Shown piece after piece: positions 13,508 to 24,600 of a stretch of 64,000 bases of DNA. A program made the position numbers and the translations under genes. The notes below the pieces were generated by a model. The model ran no database searches and was not told the DNA's origin. It saw nothing but the letters and a program-made list of their open reading frames with translations. The DNA is from Lama guanicoe (lineage: Eukaryota): positions 560,001 through 624,000 of the forward strand of contig MU053216.1 in NCBI GenBank assembly GCA_013239625.1, written 5' to 3'. The first letter of the stretch is position 1; each line of letters starts with the position of its first letter.

Positions 13508-13910
13508 TGATGGAAGGACAGATGGAAGGAAGGATGGATAGATGGAGGGATGGATGGATGGAGGGATGGAAGGATGGATGAAAGGATGGATGGAAGGATG
13601 GATGGAAGGATGGATGGAAGGAAAGAAGGATGGAAGGATGGATGGAGGGATGGATGAGGGATGGAAGGATGGATGAAAGGATGGATGGAAGGATGGATGG
13701 AAGGAAAGAAGGATGGAAGGATGGATGGAGGGATGGAAGGATGGATGGAAGGATGGATGGAAGGAAAGAAGGATGGAAGGATGGATGGAGGGATGGAAGG
13801 ATGGATGGAAGGATGGAGGGATGGATGAAAGGAAGAAATGATGGATAGATGGAAGGATGAATGAAAGGAATGAAGTGTGGATGGAAAGAAGGATGGATGG
13901 ATAGATGAAC
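13508..13910. repeat. (GGAT/GGAA)n compound microsatellite
   Basis: ~400 bp of ggat/ggaa units. It is the source of the spurious HPSF/SILP ORFs. Confidence 0.97.
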
Positions 13911-16900
13911 CAGGGGAGAGAGAAGAAAAAGAGAGAGAAATTGAGAGGGAGGTGCGTACAGGTTGTTAGGGAATTTATTGTCCAGGGGGCAGAACCCATG
14001 CCTGATTCCACTTCGTCTTCCACATACAAAGTGCCGCACAGGTGTTTATTAAGTGAATGTGAACTTGCCCCTGGTGGTGTCAGACGCCTCGGGGTCCCCG
14101 TTCAGCCCACCCTCCACTGCCCCAGCTGAGCAGACCGGACACTGTGGGCGCCAACTTCCCTTCCATGCCTGCAGCCTTCAGAATGGGGGCTCCCCTGAAG
14201 CCCCCATCCCTATCCCCATCCTCAGTCCTCCCACAGATTAGCCCCTTGTCGATTTAGCAGCGCTTGTCTCTTGGGGGAAGGGCTGCGGGGAAGGAAACTG
14301 GAAAAGGCAGTTTTCTCAGCTCCCCACCCATCCTCACTCCCCCAGGGCATGTTTCTAGGAGAAGCGCGGGTCCTCGGCGCCCACGCTCATCTTATTCATC
14401 TGAGGAGCCTGTTTCCTAGGACCAGACTGGAGCAGGGACACTTGGCCAGCGCGGCGTGACCCGCCCCACCCTCTGCAGTGACAACTGCCCAGATGACAGT
14501 CCAGCTGAGCGTTGTGCTGGTGCGTGACTGCAGCCTGTTTACACAGGGCCAGCACCCAACTCCACTGCCAGCAGAGCTGTGTCCTGGCCCGCTCTGGCCC
14601 CGGGCTACATGGGCATGCCCGCTACATGGTGAGGTCTCAGGTTACACCAGGGTGCCTGGGGTCCCCCAAGTCACCGGCTGGGAGCACGGAGGACCCTGTC
14701 TGAGGTCTCCAGGAGAGCGGTCAGGGCCACCGCCTCGGTTGTCACGGATACCGGAGTTCAGGCAACCCCACTTTCCCTTTCCCGTGGCTCACGGTTTGAT
14801 GCCTCCCCTGCCACTCAGGGCTTGTCCACACTTGCCCTGTGCACCTGCATCTGGCATCGGCGTCAGTGCCAGCCTGAGCCCTTCCCTTCTTGACCCTGAG
14901 GCTGGGAAGAGCATTTCAGATAACAGCGTGGTGTTCAGCGCCGTCACTGGCCGGGGCCACCACTGTGTTACCGCCCCTGGAGCCCCAGCGCGACAGCATG
15001 GTTGAGCCCTCTACTTCCTGTGCCCACGCACGTCTAACTCATCTGCATATCTTTTCAGCCCTGCCACCAAAATACAGTCCTCATCTGCCCACATCTCCCG
15101 TCTCCACAGCTGGGCCCCACCACTGCGATGGCTCCTATCCCTGTGCCCTGACACTTGCTCCCACCTGCATTCTCCACGTGGCCACCAGAGTGACCTTTGA
15201 AGGCATCAATCAGACTCAGTCACCCTGCAGTTTAAAGACATGGCTTCCATCTCCTTCAGAATGATGCCCCAACTCCCCACTCTGCCAGGGCCCTTGGCCT
15301 CTTCGGCCTCATCCGGTCCTGCCAGGCCCTCACTGGCTCCAGCTCAGCACCTCTGCTTTTCACAGCACCCACTGCACTCCCTTCTCAGGGCCCGTCCCCT
15401 CGGGGGCCCACTTCTCCAGGGCTCTCACCTGCCAGAGAGGCCCTCACCCCGCCCGCTCCCTGAGGCCGAGCCTCCCATCTGCCCCGACAGCTGGTCTCCT
15501 GGGCACCTGTCATCACCTGAGTGACCCGCTGTCCCCACACTTATCTTAGGACCCCTTCCAACTGGAACGCAGGCACCGGGAACACAGACCTCTGCCCCCA
15601 CAGGTGTGTTTCCAACACATCCCACGAGAGATGCTGGAGAGAGTGTGTGGACTCGGCGGAGGTGCGACAAGGGGGCTGGAGTCTGGGAGCTGAGGGGCAG
15701 TGACTGGCTGCTCACCTTGGTCCCAGGTCTGGCGACTTGCTCCATGGGCCTTTGGCCCCATGGGCCGGGGGGACGTGGCAATGGGCAGTGGGCCATGGAT
15801 GTGCAGAGACAGACGGTGGCAGAGAACAGAAAGAGGGAGACAGTGTGAACAGTGGACAGGCTGGGGACACGAGCCCTGACCCCCACGAGGGGTGGGACCC
15901 CTCCGCCCGGGCAGGGCTGGTTCGGAAGCCCCAGAGCCTCCTCCCGTGCCCACTCAGAAGGAAATGACCGGAGGCCCCCTGGGGCCCCGCAGAGGAAGCC
16001 CACCCCCACAACATGCTCAGGCCCTTAGCAAAGGGCAGGGTAGCTGGAAGGCGAGGGGCTGCACCGCAGATGCCCAGGTGGGATGGGGGCTGCGTGCGGC
16101 ATGGGGAACAGCGGGCCTCCCATCTGCACAGTAGGACCCCTGACGTGGGCCCCTCCTCAGCCGGCTGGCCTGGAGACTCTGTGTGCTGACCGCCGTCCTG
16201 AGGACCTGAGCCGGGCAGATGCCCAGCACAGGGCAGGGACCATACCCCTCGCCCCACTGGGAGGAAGGGGGAAGATTCAGAGGCAACGGACGGAAGGGGG
16301 CCTGTTGGACGTCCTGGCTGTTCTGGGGAAGGAGCGTGGAGGGGCCAGGGAGAGGGAGCTGGCAGGAAGTGCCCAGCAGATGGATGCCATGGACTGCTGG
16401 CCTCCCAGGTGGACGGGGTCTGACCACCAGCGAAGGCAGGCAGTGCACACTTGGTGACGGAGTGTCGGGTCACCACGGTCCAAGGAGACAGAAGAGACTA
16501 GGAGGAGCCACGCTCCCACGAACCAGGCAGCTCGCCCCTCGGATGAGGAAACTTCCCACTGAGTCAGCTCCCCGAGGCCCAATCTTCCGCGCACCTGCCG
16601 CAGGAGTGGCCCCGGGCTGGACCCCGGCGTCTCTGTCCTCTAGGACGAGGTCCTCCTCCCAGTTCTCCACCTCAGGGGCCCCCCGACACCCCCACAGCCA
16701 CCCCGTGTCTGCTTCCACAGGCGTGACCTGCTGCCGCCTCCCCCAGGGCCCCAGCTCCGTGGAGCCTCTCTCAGGGGCCAAGTGGCTCACACGGCAAACT
16801 CTACTCTGTCTGTTGCCCTTGGACCTGGGTTTCCTTCTAGGAGATGTCCACAGAGGAAGCCACGTCCTTGGAGAGCTGAACGTAGCTTCCTGGCCCTCTG

Positions 16901-19519
16901 GCCCAGGCAGCCCCCGCGGCAGTGCACCGTCTGCGAGTCGGCTCAGAATCCCTGGCCCACGGCGGCGGGCACTGGCACCAGGGCTGCGAGGGACGGGCTA
17001 GCTCTCTCCCTAAGGGCCTGAGTCACTGCCAGTCCCGCTCCCCACCCCAGATCTCTGCCCAACCTGTCTTACAGGTGTGCCTGGCTCATGGCCAGCGGGG
17101 CCCAGTGCCCAGTGCACTTACGGGAAGGAAGGATGTAAACAGAGGACAAGGGGCGGGCGGAGGACAAAGGGACCTAGGTCTTTATTGGGGCCTCACTCAG
17201 CCCAGAGGCTGGTCACATCGCACCCCAGGAGGGCTGGCACCCAGGGGCCTGGGGAACCCCCACTGAGGGGCTGCAGCGCCATGGGCGGACCCCGTTTGCC
17301 ACCATAGCTCCCCATCCCCCTCTCCTGGGCCTGCCCTCAGCCACCTGTGTCCCTCACAGCCACGGCCCTAGCCTCGGGCAAGGCCGTCCAGCTCAGCCTA
17401 TGGCCAAGACACAGCTAGAGAGACAAGTGCTGAGTCACTGGCTAGAGCAGGCTGTGGGGCTGCTCAGGGCACAGGACGGCCGGCAGGTTTCACTTCCCCA
17501 CTTCCAGCAGGGCGGGAGGCCGAGGTCACCTGTAGGGCCTCCGCCATGCGGGCAAGGACCCGCGTCAGGTGAGGAAACACCACCTCAGCTCCCTCAGCTC
17601 CCTCAGGACAAGGCGTGGCTGCACGGCCGCAGGAGGTCCCAGCACCCCTGCACTCGGGGGGACACTCGGGGACTACGCCCCAAGCTCCAGACACCCTTAC
17701 AGCCCAGCCCGCCTGCTGCCCCCATCCCAACAGGAGGCTGGACCCTGAGCAGGAGGAACGTGACCAGACAATGACCAGCATGGCAGCCTCTCTTCAGAGA
17801 CGTCATCTGGCAAAGACTTGAAGGCAGGGAGGGGGCTGTCCTGGTGCATCTTGAGGGGACACTGAGGGCAGAGCAAAGGGGCCACACAACAGCCAGGAGG
17901 CCAGTGAGGCACCATCCAGGGCCCCCTGGGGGCTCCAAGGGTTCTCTGGCACGAGGGGCCGTGGAGGGTCCGAACAGACTTGGTTGCGACCTGGCCCTTG
18001 GGCTGTGGGTTAGGGTATATGCATGGCTGTGCTCGTGTGCACCTACACGGCATTGCCTGCAGCGTACTGTGTATGAATATATTATTATTGCCATGCTTTA
18101 CTTATTAGTTTAAGTTTTTCACATTGCGGTGCGCAGCATGAAGCTGACAGCACAAAGTCCAGTGGCACCAGCACATCCATGTGGCTGGGCAGCCATGCCA
18201 CCGTCCACCGCCAGGACACCTCGTCCTCCGCCCCTCACACTCCCTCCCCCTGGGACCTGCCGTCTGCTGTCTCTGTCCAGCGGCTCCTCTGGGACTACAT
18301 GTGGGAGGAGTCAGAGGGGTTGGTCCTTTTGTGTCTGCTTATTTCACGGCCTGGTAGTTTTTATTCCTTCGTTCTGAGGGGGGATGGCGATATTGCTGTG
18401 ACCACCTCAGAGCTGCCCCGTGAAGACCCGACAGGCGATGAGCAAGACCCAGCTCAAAGGTCAGGGCTGTGGGTGTTCCGCTCCCACAGCTGGCGGTGAG
18501 GCTGTGTGCTCACCAGGGCTGGAGGGCTTCCTGCCAGACATCAAAGGGACTGTGGGTGGTCACCACGTGCTGGGGTGACTGCTGTCCTGGCGTGACAGTG
18601 TGGGGCTTGTTGGAAAAGGCCCTGGGGTCCCTGCTGTCCTTGGCTGGGCTGGGGGCCTGGTGTGTGGACCCTGCGAGCCCTGGGAGCTGTCTGCAGCTAT
18701 GACTCCCGCCCACTGAGTCCATACTTCACACTGCACGCACACCCACCACTGTCACTCCCTGGGCTACTGGTTGTCCCAGTGCCAACCCAGGCAGACCCCC
18801 ACGAACTATGTGCACACTGACTGCCACTGGATAAGGTGTTGTGCCGGGGCACTCCCAAGGGATTCGGGGAACACAGAGGAGATCCTAACCCAGTCTGGGC
18901 AGTGGAGGAGGGAGTGAGGGAAGTCTCCCTGGAGGAGGTGACCACATATTGCTTCACCCTCTGCTCAATAGCAGCAGTGGAAGAGGCTCAGGGAGACACC
19001 GCGTGCTGTGCCGTGTGCTGACATGCACGTATCAACGAACCCTCGCTAGTCCCACAAGGGAGGAGCCCTCAGCATCCCCGCTTTACAGCGAAGGGAATTA
19101 AGGCTCAGAGAGGTTCAGCCACTTGCTCGAGGGTACACAGCTCCTACGCGGCAGCATCAGGATGGGACACAAGTTCTGCTGCCCGCCACCGTCCGCACCC
19201 CCCGTCCCCAGGCGGCCTTCTGGAGCGAGGTTTCCCGAGGCAGCGGCAAGCATGCTGCTGGGTGACTCACTGTCGTTCACAAGATGGACTGCGGTGGCAC
19301 AGGGACCACAGTTTCTAAGATGAACAGATGTGAATTCACTTTGACGTACACTAGGAAAACGGTAACCAGCACATCAAACCCTTGATGAGACAGAGATGTA
19401 AGGTTTCCTTTTGAATTAAATTTATTTAAGTAAAAAGGGAGACTTTCTCTAAGATCGCAGTCCACTTCTAAGTAAACTCAAGCGTCGCATTAAAATGTTA
19501 CATTTATCAATTGGATTTT

Positions 19520-19825
19520 GGTTTTTTTCAATTGCGGTGAACTACGCATAACACAAAATCGACCATTTTGATCACTTTTAAGTGTATGCTTCAGGGGTGT
19601 TAAGAACGTTCACAATATTGTGCAGCCATGACCACCGTCCATCTCCAGATCTTTTTCATCTTCCCAGACTGAAACTCCGGTCCATTACACTCACTCCTCA
19701 CGCGCCTCCCAAGCCCCCGCCCCAGCCCTCCAGTCTGTCTCCGTGACCTTGACTATTCCAGGGACCCCATATGAGTGGAAGCACACAGTATCCGTCCTTT
19801 TGGAACTGGCTTGCTTCACTTACAA
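19520..19825 (-). mobile_element. L1M 3' end (antisense)
   Basis: ttttttcaattgcggtgaa...tttaagtgtatgcttca...ttcacaatattgtgcagccatgaccacc...atatgagtggaagcacacagtat. Confidence 0.8.
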
Positions 19826-20039
19826 TGTAAAGGGAGAACTGTCTGAAGGGGAAAACTCAGGATAAATCGCAGTTCAGGAGGTCCGCCGATGTGGCACCAG
19901 GGTGGTAAAGTCAGGACCCCGTCAAGCAGGGACAGCAGAGGGCCTCTTGCTCACCCGTCTGCAGAAGACGAGGCCAGAACTGATCTGCTGACGGCCCTGC
20001 AGGAGGAGGAAGGGGTCGCCCCGAGCATCAGGCAGCCGT

Positions 20040-20830
20040 TACCGGCTCTTCCGGGAGAGCGCTGCTCTCCAGCCCGGCCGCCCACCGCAAATGCCCGCAG
20101 GGCGGGCGCGAGGGCCCGGCCCAGGGCCACGCCCCGCAGGGGTCCGGGCTCCACGGCCTGCCTCCGGGCGCCGCCCCCCGCCCCCTCCTGCCTGGGCGGC
20201 GCCAACGCAGGCGTCCCGGGGACTTCAAGCCGCGGCTGACCCAGACGGTCCGAGCAGCGAGCGGAGACCGGGGACTGGGTGGCCCGTATCTCAAGGATCT
20301 GAGCCAGCGAAGGAGATGAACTTAGGGCAGGCCTGCGCAGGGAGAAGGCGGGCTGGGAAAGCCCCAGGGCTGCGCTTCTGGGGCTGGGCCCGCGAAGGCA
20401 TCCCCAGAATGGGGAGGGAGGCGGCCGCCCCGCCGGCGCTCGGGCGCAGGCGCGTCAGGTGCGGGGCTTCTTCCCGCGGGACGCGCTTTCGCCCGGAGCT
20501 CTCCGAACCAACGCGACGCGTCTGCGGAGGTGCCCGCGCCGAGGGCCGGCTGCGCGGCGGCCTCCGCGGTTTGCGGAGCTCGGGGCCCTGCGACCGCTGT
20601 GCAGCCTCCGGCTCAGCTCAGCCCCCGGCCGCCAGGCCTCACCCCGAGGTGCGGCTTGCGCGGCGCTACCCTTGACCCGCAGGCGGCAACTCTCGCAACA
20701 ACTCTCGCGAGAAGGGGGCGCTCTGCCCCGTACCACGTGGTCCCTCCGCCTGGGCCGCGCTCACCGTGTACAGATGCAGGGGCGGCTCCCGCGTGCTTCT
20801 GGAATAAGTCGCACACGCGATCATCGCTGT
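20040..20830. promoter_or_regulatory. Orphan CpG island (no recognisable gene start)
   Basis: ~800 bp of very high GC and CpG density (e.g. cgcgccgagggccggctgcgcggcggcctccgcgg), flanked by AT-richer DNA. Confidence 0.75.
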
Positions 20831-21454
20831 GATGTCTTTCACTGAGTTTTCCCCTCTCTCCTACAATGTTCTTTTAAAGATGCATATACAAAGGTCTACA
20901 ATGAAAGGGAGTGTGTAATATACACGAGTGCATGTATAATGCGTGTGTATACAAACGCCATTTGCTAAATTTATGTGTTTTTTAAGCTAGAATCTTGTGA
21001 TGGTTCTTGAGAAAAATTAGCTTTCTAATACAGAATCTGCATTTGCATTGCTAGGCAAGTATTTACCAGCTTCTACGGTCAGTGCATCTATTTCTGAAAA
21101 CAGAATATTTACATGAGAACCACCGGTGTCTTGAAAAGTAGTTTCTTTCTAAAACTCACAATGATCATAAGGAATTTTCTCTTGAGAAAGAACACAATTC
21201 TAAAGGGAATGGAGACATCATGAGGGAAAAAAAAGTCCAGCCAAATTCTTTCCTGTGCGATTTTGCCTGGGGATACAACATCTCCTAATGAGGGGCATTC
21301 CAGTATTTCCCCAGTCAGTCAAGAACCCTGTGCTTCAAGTTCTAATACTGTTTCAGGATTTTCTTCAACTCCCGGGTCCACTTCTGGGGTGGGAAGTACT
21401 TTCGGTGTCACCTAGAACAGGTGGTAAAAGTATTTTAGAAATATATATCCTAGT

Positions 21455-21640
21455 GGGGAAGGTGTAAGTCAGTGGTAGAATGCATGCCCAGCATTTACAA
21501 GTCCCGAGTTCAACTCCTAGTACCTCTGTTTAAAACAATTAAAAACTAAATAAACCTAAAATTATCTTCCCCCATTAAAAATTTTAAAAGAAAGAAAAAA
21601 AGAAACGATTTAAAAAGGAAACAAAAAAAGAAAAAAAGAA
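21455..21640 (+). mobile_element. tRNA-Ala-derived SINE
   Basis: ggggaaggtgtaagtcagtggtagaatgcatgcccagc...gagttcaactcc followed by an A-rich tail; imperfect flanking repeat agaaatat. Confidence 0.8.
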
Positions 21641-24600
21641 ATATGTATATAGCCTACATTTTGGTTTGGCTGCACACACACGGCCTTTGAACAGGGCTGG
21701 ACCAGGGAAAAGCACCCGCGCTTGTACAGACTGCGCGCTGCACTTCCCCCACAGGAAGCCTTCCCAGCAGGCGCACACTCAGGTGTCCCGCAGACGAGTC
21801 CCACAGTACTCACGAGCGGAGATGCAGGTAACAAAGCAGGGGCCACCACACACCCCGGCCCCGGCCGTGGGGCCCCTCTGACCCCTGCTCCGTGGACGTG
21901 CCCCCCAGCCAGGTCTTTAAGGCCCTGTCTCCTGGCTGCGGGTCCTGTCCAGGGCTGGTTAAGCATTCACGATGCTCTTGGGTGAGGTAATACGTCTCCT
22001 TTGGAGGGCGAGGCCCTGCGGGTGAACCAGCCGGGCCTGAACAGCAGGGATGACGTCACCCGAGCCCGCAGGGGCTGCTGTCCGCCAGGCCACCAGTGGG
22101 CTCGAGCGAAGGGCACATTCCTGAGTGAAGTCACCTCCCCTCAGCAGTCTGGTGGAAAGCCCCAGGCAGCCCCAGGTCCCGCTGCAGCAGGAAGGATGGA
22201 GCACCGAGGGATGGGCTGAGTCTGAGCGAGCCTTGGCTGGCTGGGGACACATGTGGTGGGGGCAGGCGGCCTGGCGGCTGGTGACTCCACTGTTGGAGAG
22301 AACGCAGGAAATGCTCCCTAAATCAGGAGTCTGCAGACCTCAGTCCTGGCTCTGCCCTATCACACGCCGTGCCCATTGGAGGACCCCTGCCCCTTCCCCA
22401 AATAAGGGCAGACCATAAATGCCTTGGTCCCTTCTCTCTGGTTTTAAGTCCCACCCTCTGCCTTTTCATCCCAGGTCCTTGTGAACCCAGGACCTGCAGG
22501 TTCTCTGAGAGGAAAGCCTGTGAGGAGCTGATTCACACAGCCACCCCGTCAGCCCGAGAGCACAAAGAGGAAGCTCCACCGGGGCAGAGGTGATTAGAGC
22601 TGGAGGCCTTCGACCTTGCCAGAGGTCACTGCTTCGGGGGTCCAAGGTGATAACCAGTAGCCATTAATTTCCTTATGAAATGTGAGGTGGGACATTCATT
22701 TGTCCAATAAATTACTTATTTCTGGTCTTCTCTGCGATGGGCACTGGGGTCAGAACAGGCGGGCACAGCGCCTCGCCCTCACGGAGCTCTGCGTTCGTTC
22801 ATGGGAAGACAACAACAAAACAAACAGCACGGAGGTGGGGCAGTGGTTGGGTCCTGAACGTACTTTCAGCTTAAAGACAACAGGCCTTGCTTCCAGGGAG
22901 AACACGAGCTGAGAGGGAGGATTCAGGGCCGCCTCCACGGCCTTCGGCTTGAACGGTCTTCGAGGAGGAGGACTACACTGATTAAGGGATGGGTATGCAG
23001 GGAGGTGCAGAGCTGGGTTGGAGCATGGGGGCTGCGAGTGGAGAGGCCATGGGGGCAGCTGGGCGTGGGCTGGAGGTCGGGAGGCCTAAGGAAGGGTGGG
23101 GGTCTGTGGGAGTGGACAGTTAGCATGGCAAGACCACTGAAGTTTTAACAAAGGGGGTAAAGGAGAGCACGCCCGCCCTTGACCCACCTCGTCCTCCCGA
23201 CCCCCCAGGGCTAGTTCATCGTCTGTAGGTTAAACTGTTTTACACTGAGGTGCAACTGACTGACAGCACTGCATTAGCTTCAGGTATACAATACAGTGAC
23301 TCGGTGTTTTAGTACATTTAGTACGTATTATGTAATATTTACATCAAATTAAATTAAACACATTACAAAATGATCAGAAATTAACACATTCTAAATCAAC
23401 TATATTTCAATCAAAAAAACCGAAAACGAAACACGCAATCACCACCTTGACGTCACCTTTGTACGCGTTTCCTGACGGAGCCCTGGGTTTGCTCTTGGCC
23501 TGGGAGCCATTGCTCAGCTTGAGCATCGTTTACCCCCTGGAGGAGCTGGGCCTGAGAAACGTTCCGCTGCCTGCCGAACGCACAGCCCTTTGTATCCACG
23601 AGGCCACTCCCTGGCTGATGTCCCCTCTCGTTTTTTTCTCCGAGGCTGGGAGAAGCCAGCAGCGCCTCGTCCCTGGGCCTCGGCACCTCCCCGCTGGGCC
23701 GCCAGCTCCGGGCTGTGGGTTCCCGTTCCTACGCTGCTGCAGGCCACACTGTTACTAAGCTTTCCACGCGGTGCAGCCACAGCTCCGGTCTTCCAGCTGC
23801 TAATAGGGTTTCCCTCCCTTCTCTTCGTGCCCCACAGCCCCCTCCAGGCCCCTCAGGCCTCCTCCAACAGGCCTGTGACACCCTGCAGACAGTCGCTGTC
23901 TCCTAGGGACTGACTGCTTTCAGGGTGTGCCCGCCGCGGGCGTCTCAGGGCTCCAGGGAGCTGGCTTTCACGGCAGCGCCCCACAACCCAGCGATTAAGC
24001 TACAGCGCCTTCGTTGGGCTGTCTCTCCAGCTGGGCCAGGCACGTCCCCGCGGGGGGCTCACACTGGTCCGCTGGGCGGTGGCTGGCCTGCAGGCCACTG
24101 GAACACGTCCTGGCCTCACACTCGACGTCGATGCTGGCTGTTGTCTGGGGCCTCGGGTGAGGCCCTTGGACAGACCGTCTCCACGTGGCCTCCCCATGTG
24201 GCTTGAGCTTCTCAGGGAATGGCAGCTGAGTCCTAAGAGCACGTGTCCAGGAGAACCCACCAGGCAAAAGCTACACTGTCTATTAGGACCTGGCTTCAGA
24301 AGACGCAGGATCCATCACTCTGAGTTTCACTCATCAGTTACTGAGGCCAGGTCCTGGGGACAGAGGAGGGGACAGAGACATGCGTGTAAAGTGTTGCACG
24401 TGGCCTCTCACTCGACAGAGAATCGGGCCATCGAGACAGAAGGTCCTCAAATTCCTCCCCCGCATCCTCCCTCCTTCCACAGGGAGAGGTGGGCCCTCTT
24501 CCCGACCACAGTTGCTCCTCCACCAGGGCTCTGACTGCAGTCCCCCCTCTGGACCCTGATCTGCCATCTCCTCTGTGTCCCCTCTGCCCCGAAAGACGAA

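Noticed and set aside
13401..14039. HPSF/SILP-repeat ORFs
   Set aside because: They are translations of the GGAT/GGAA microsatellite.
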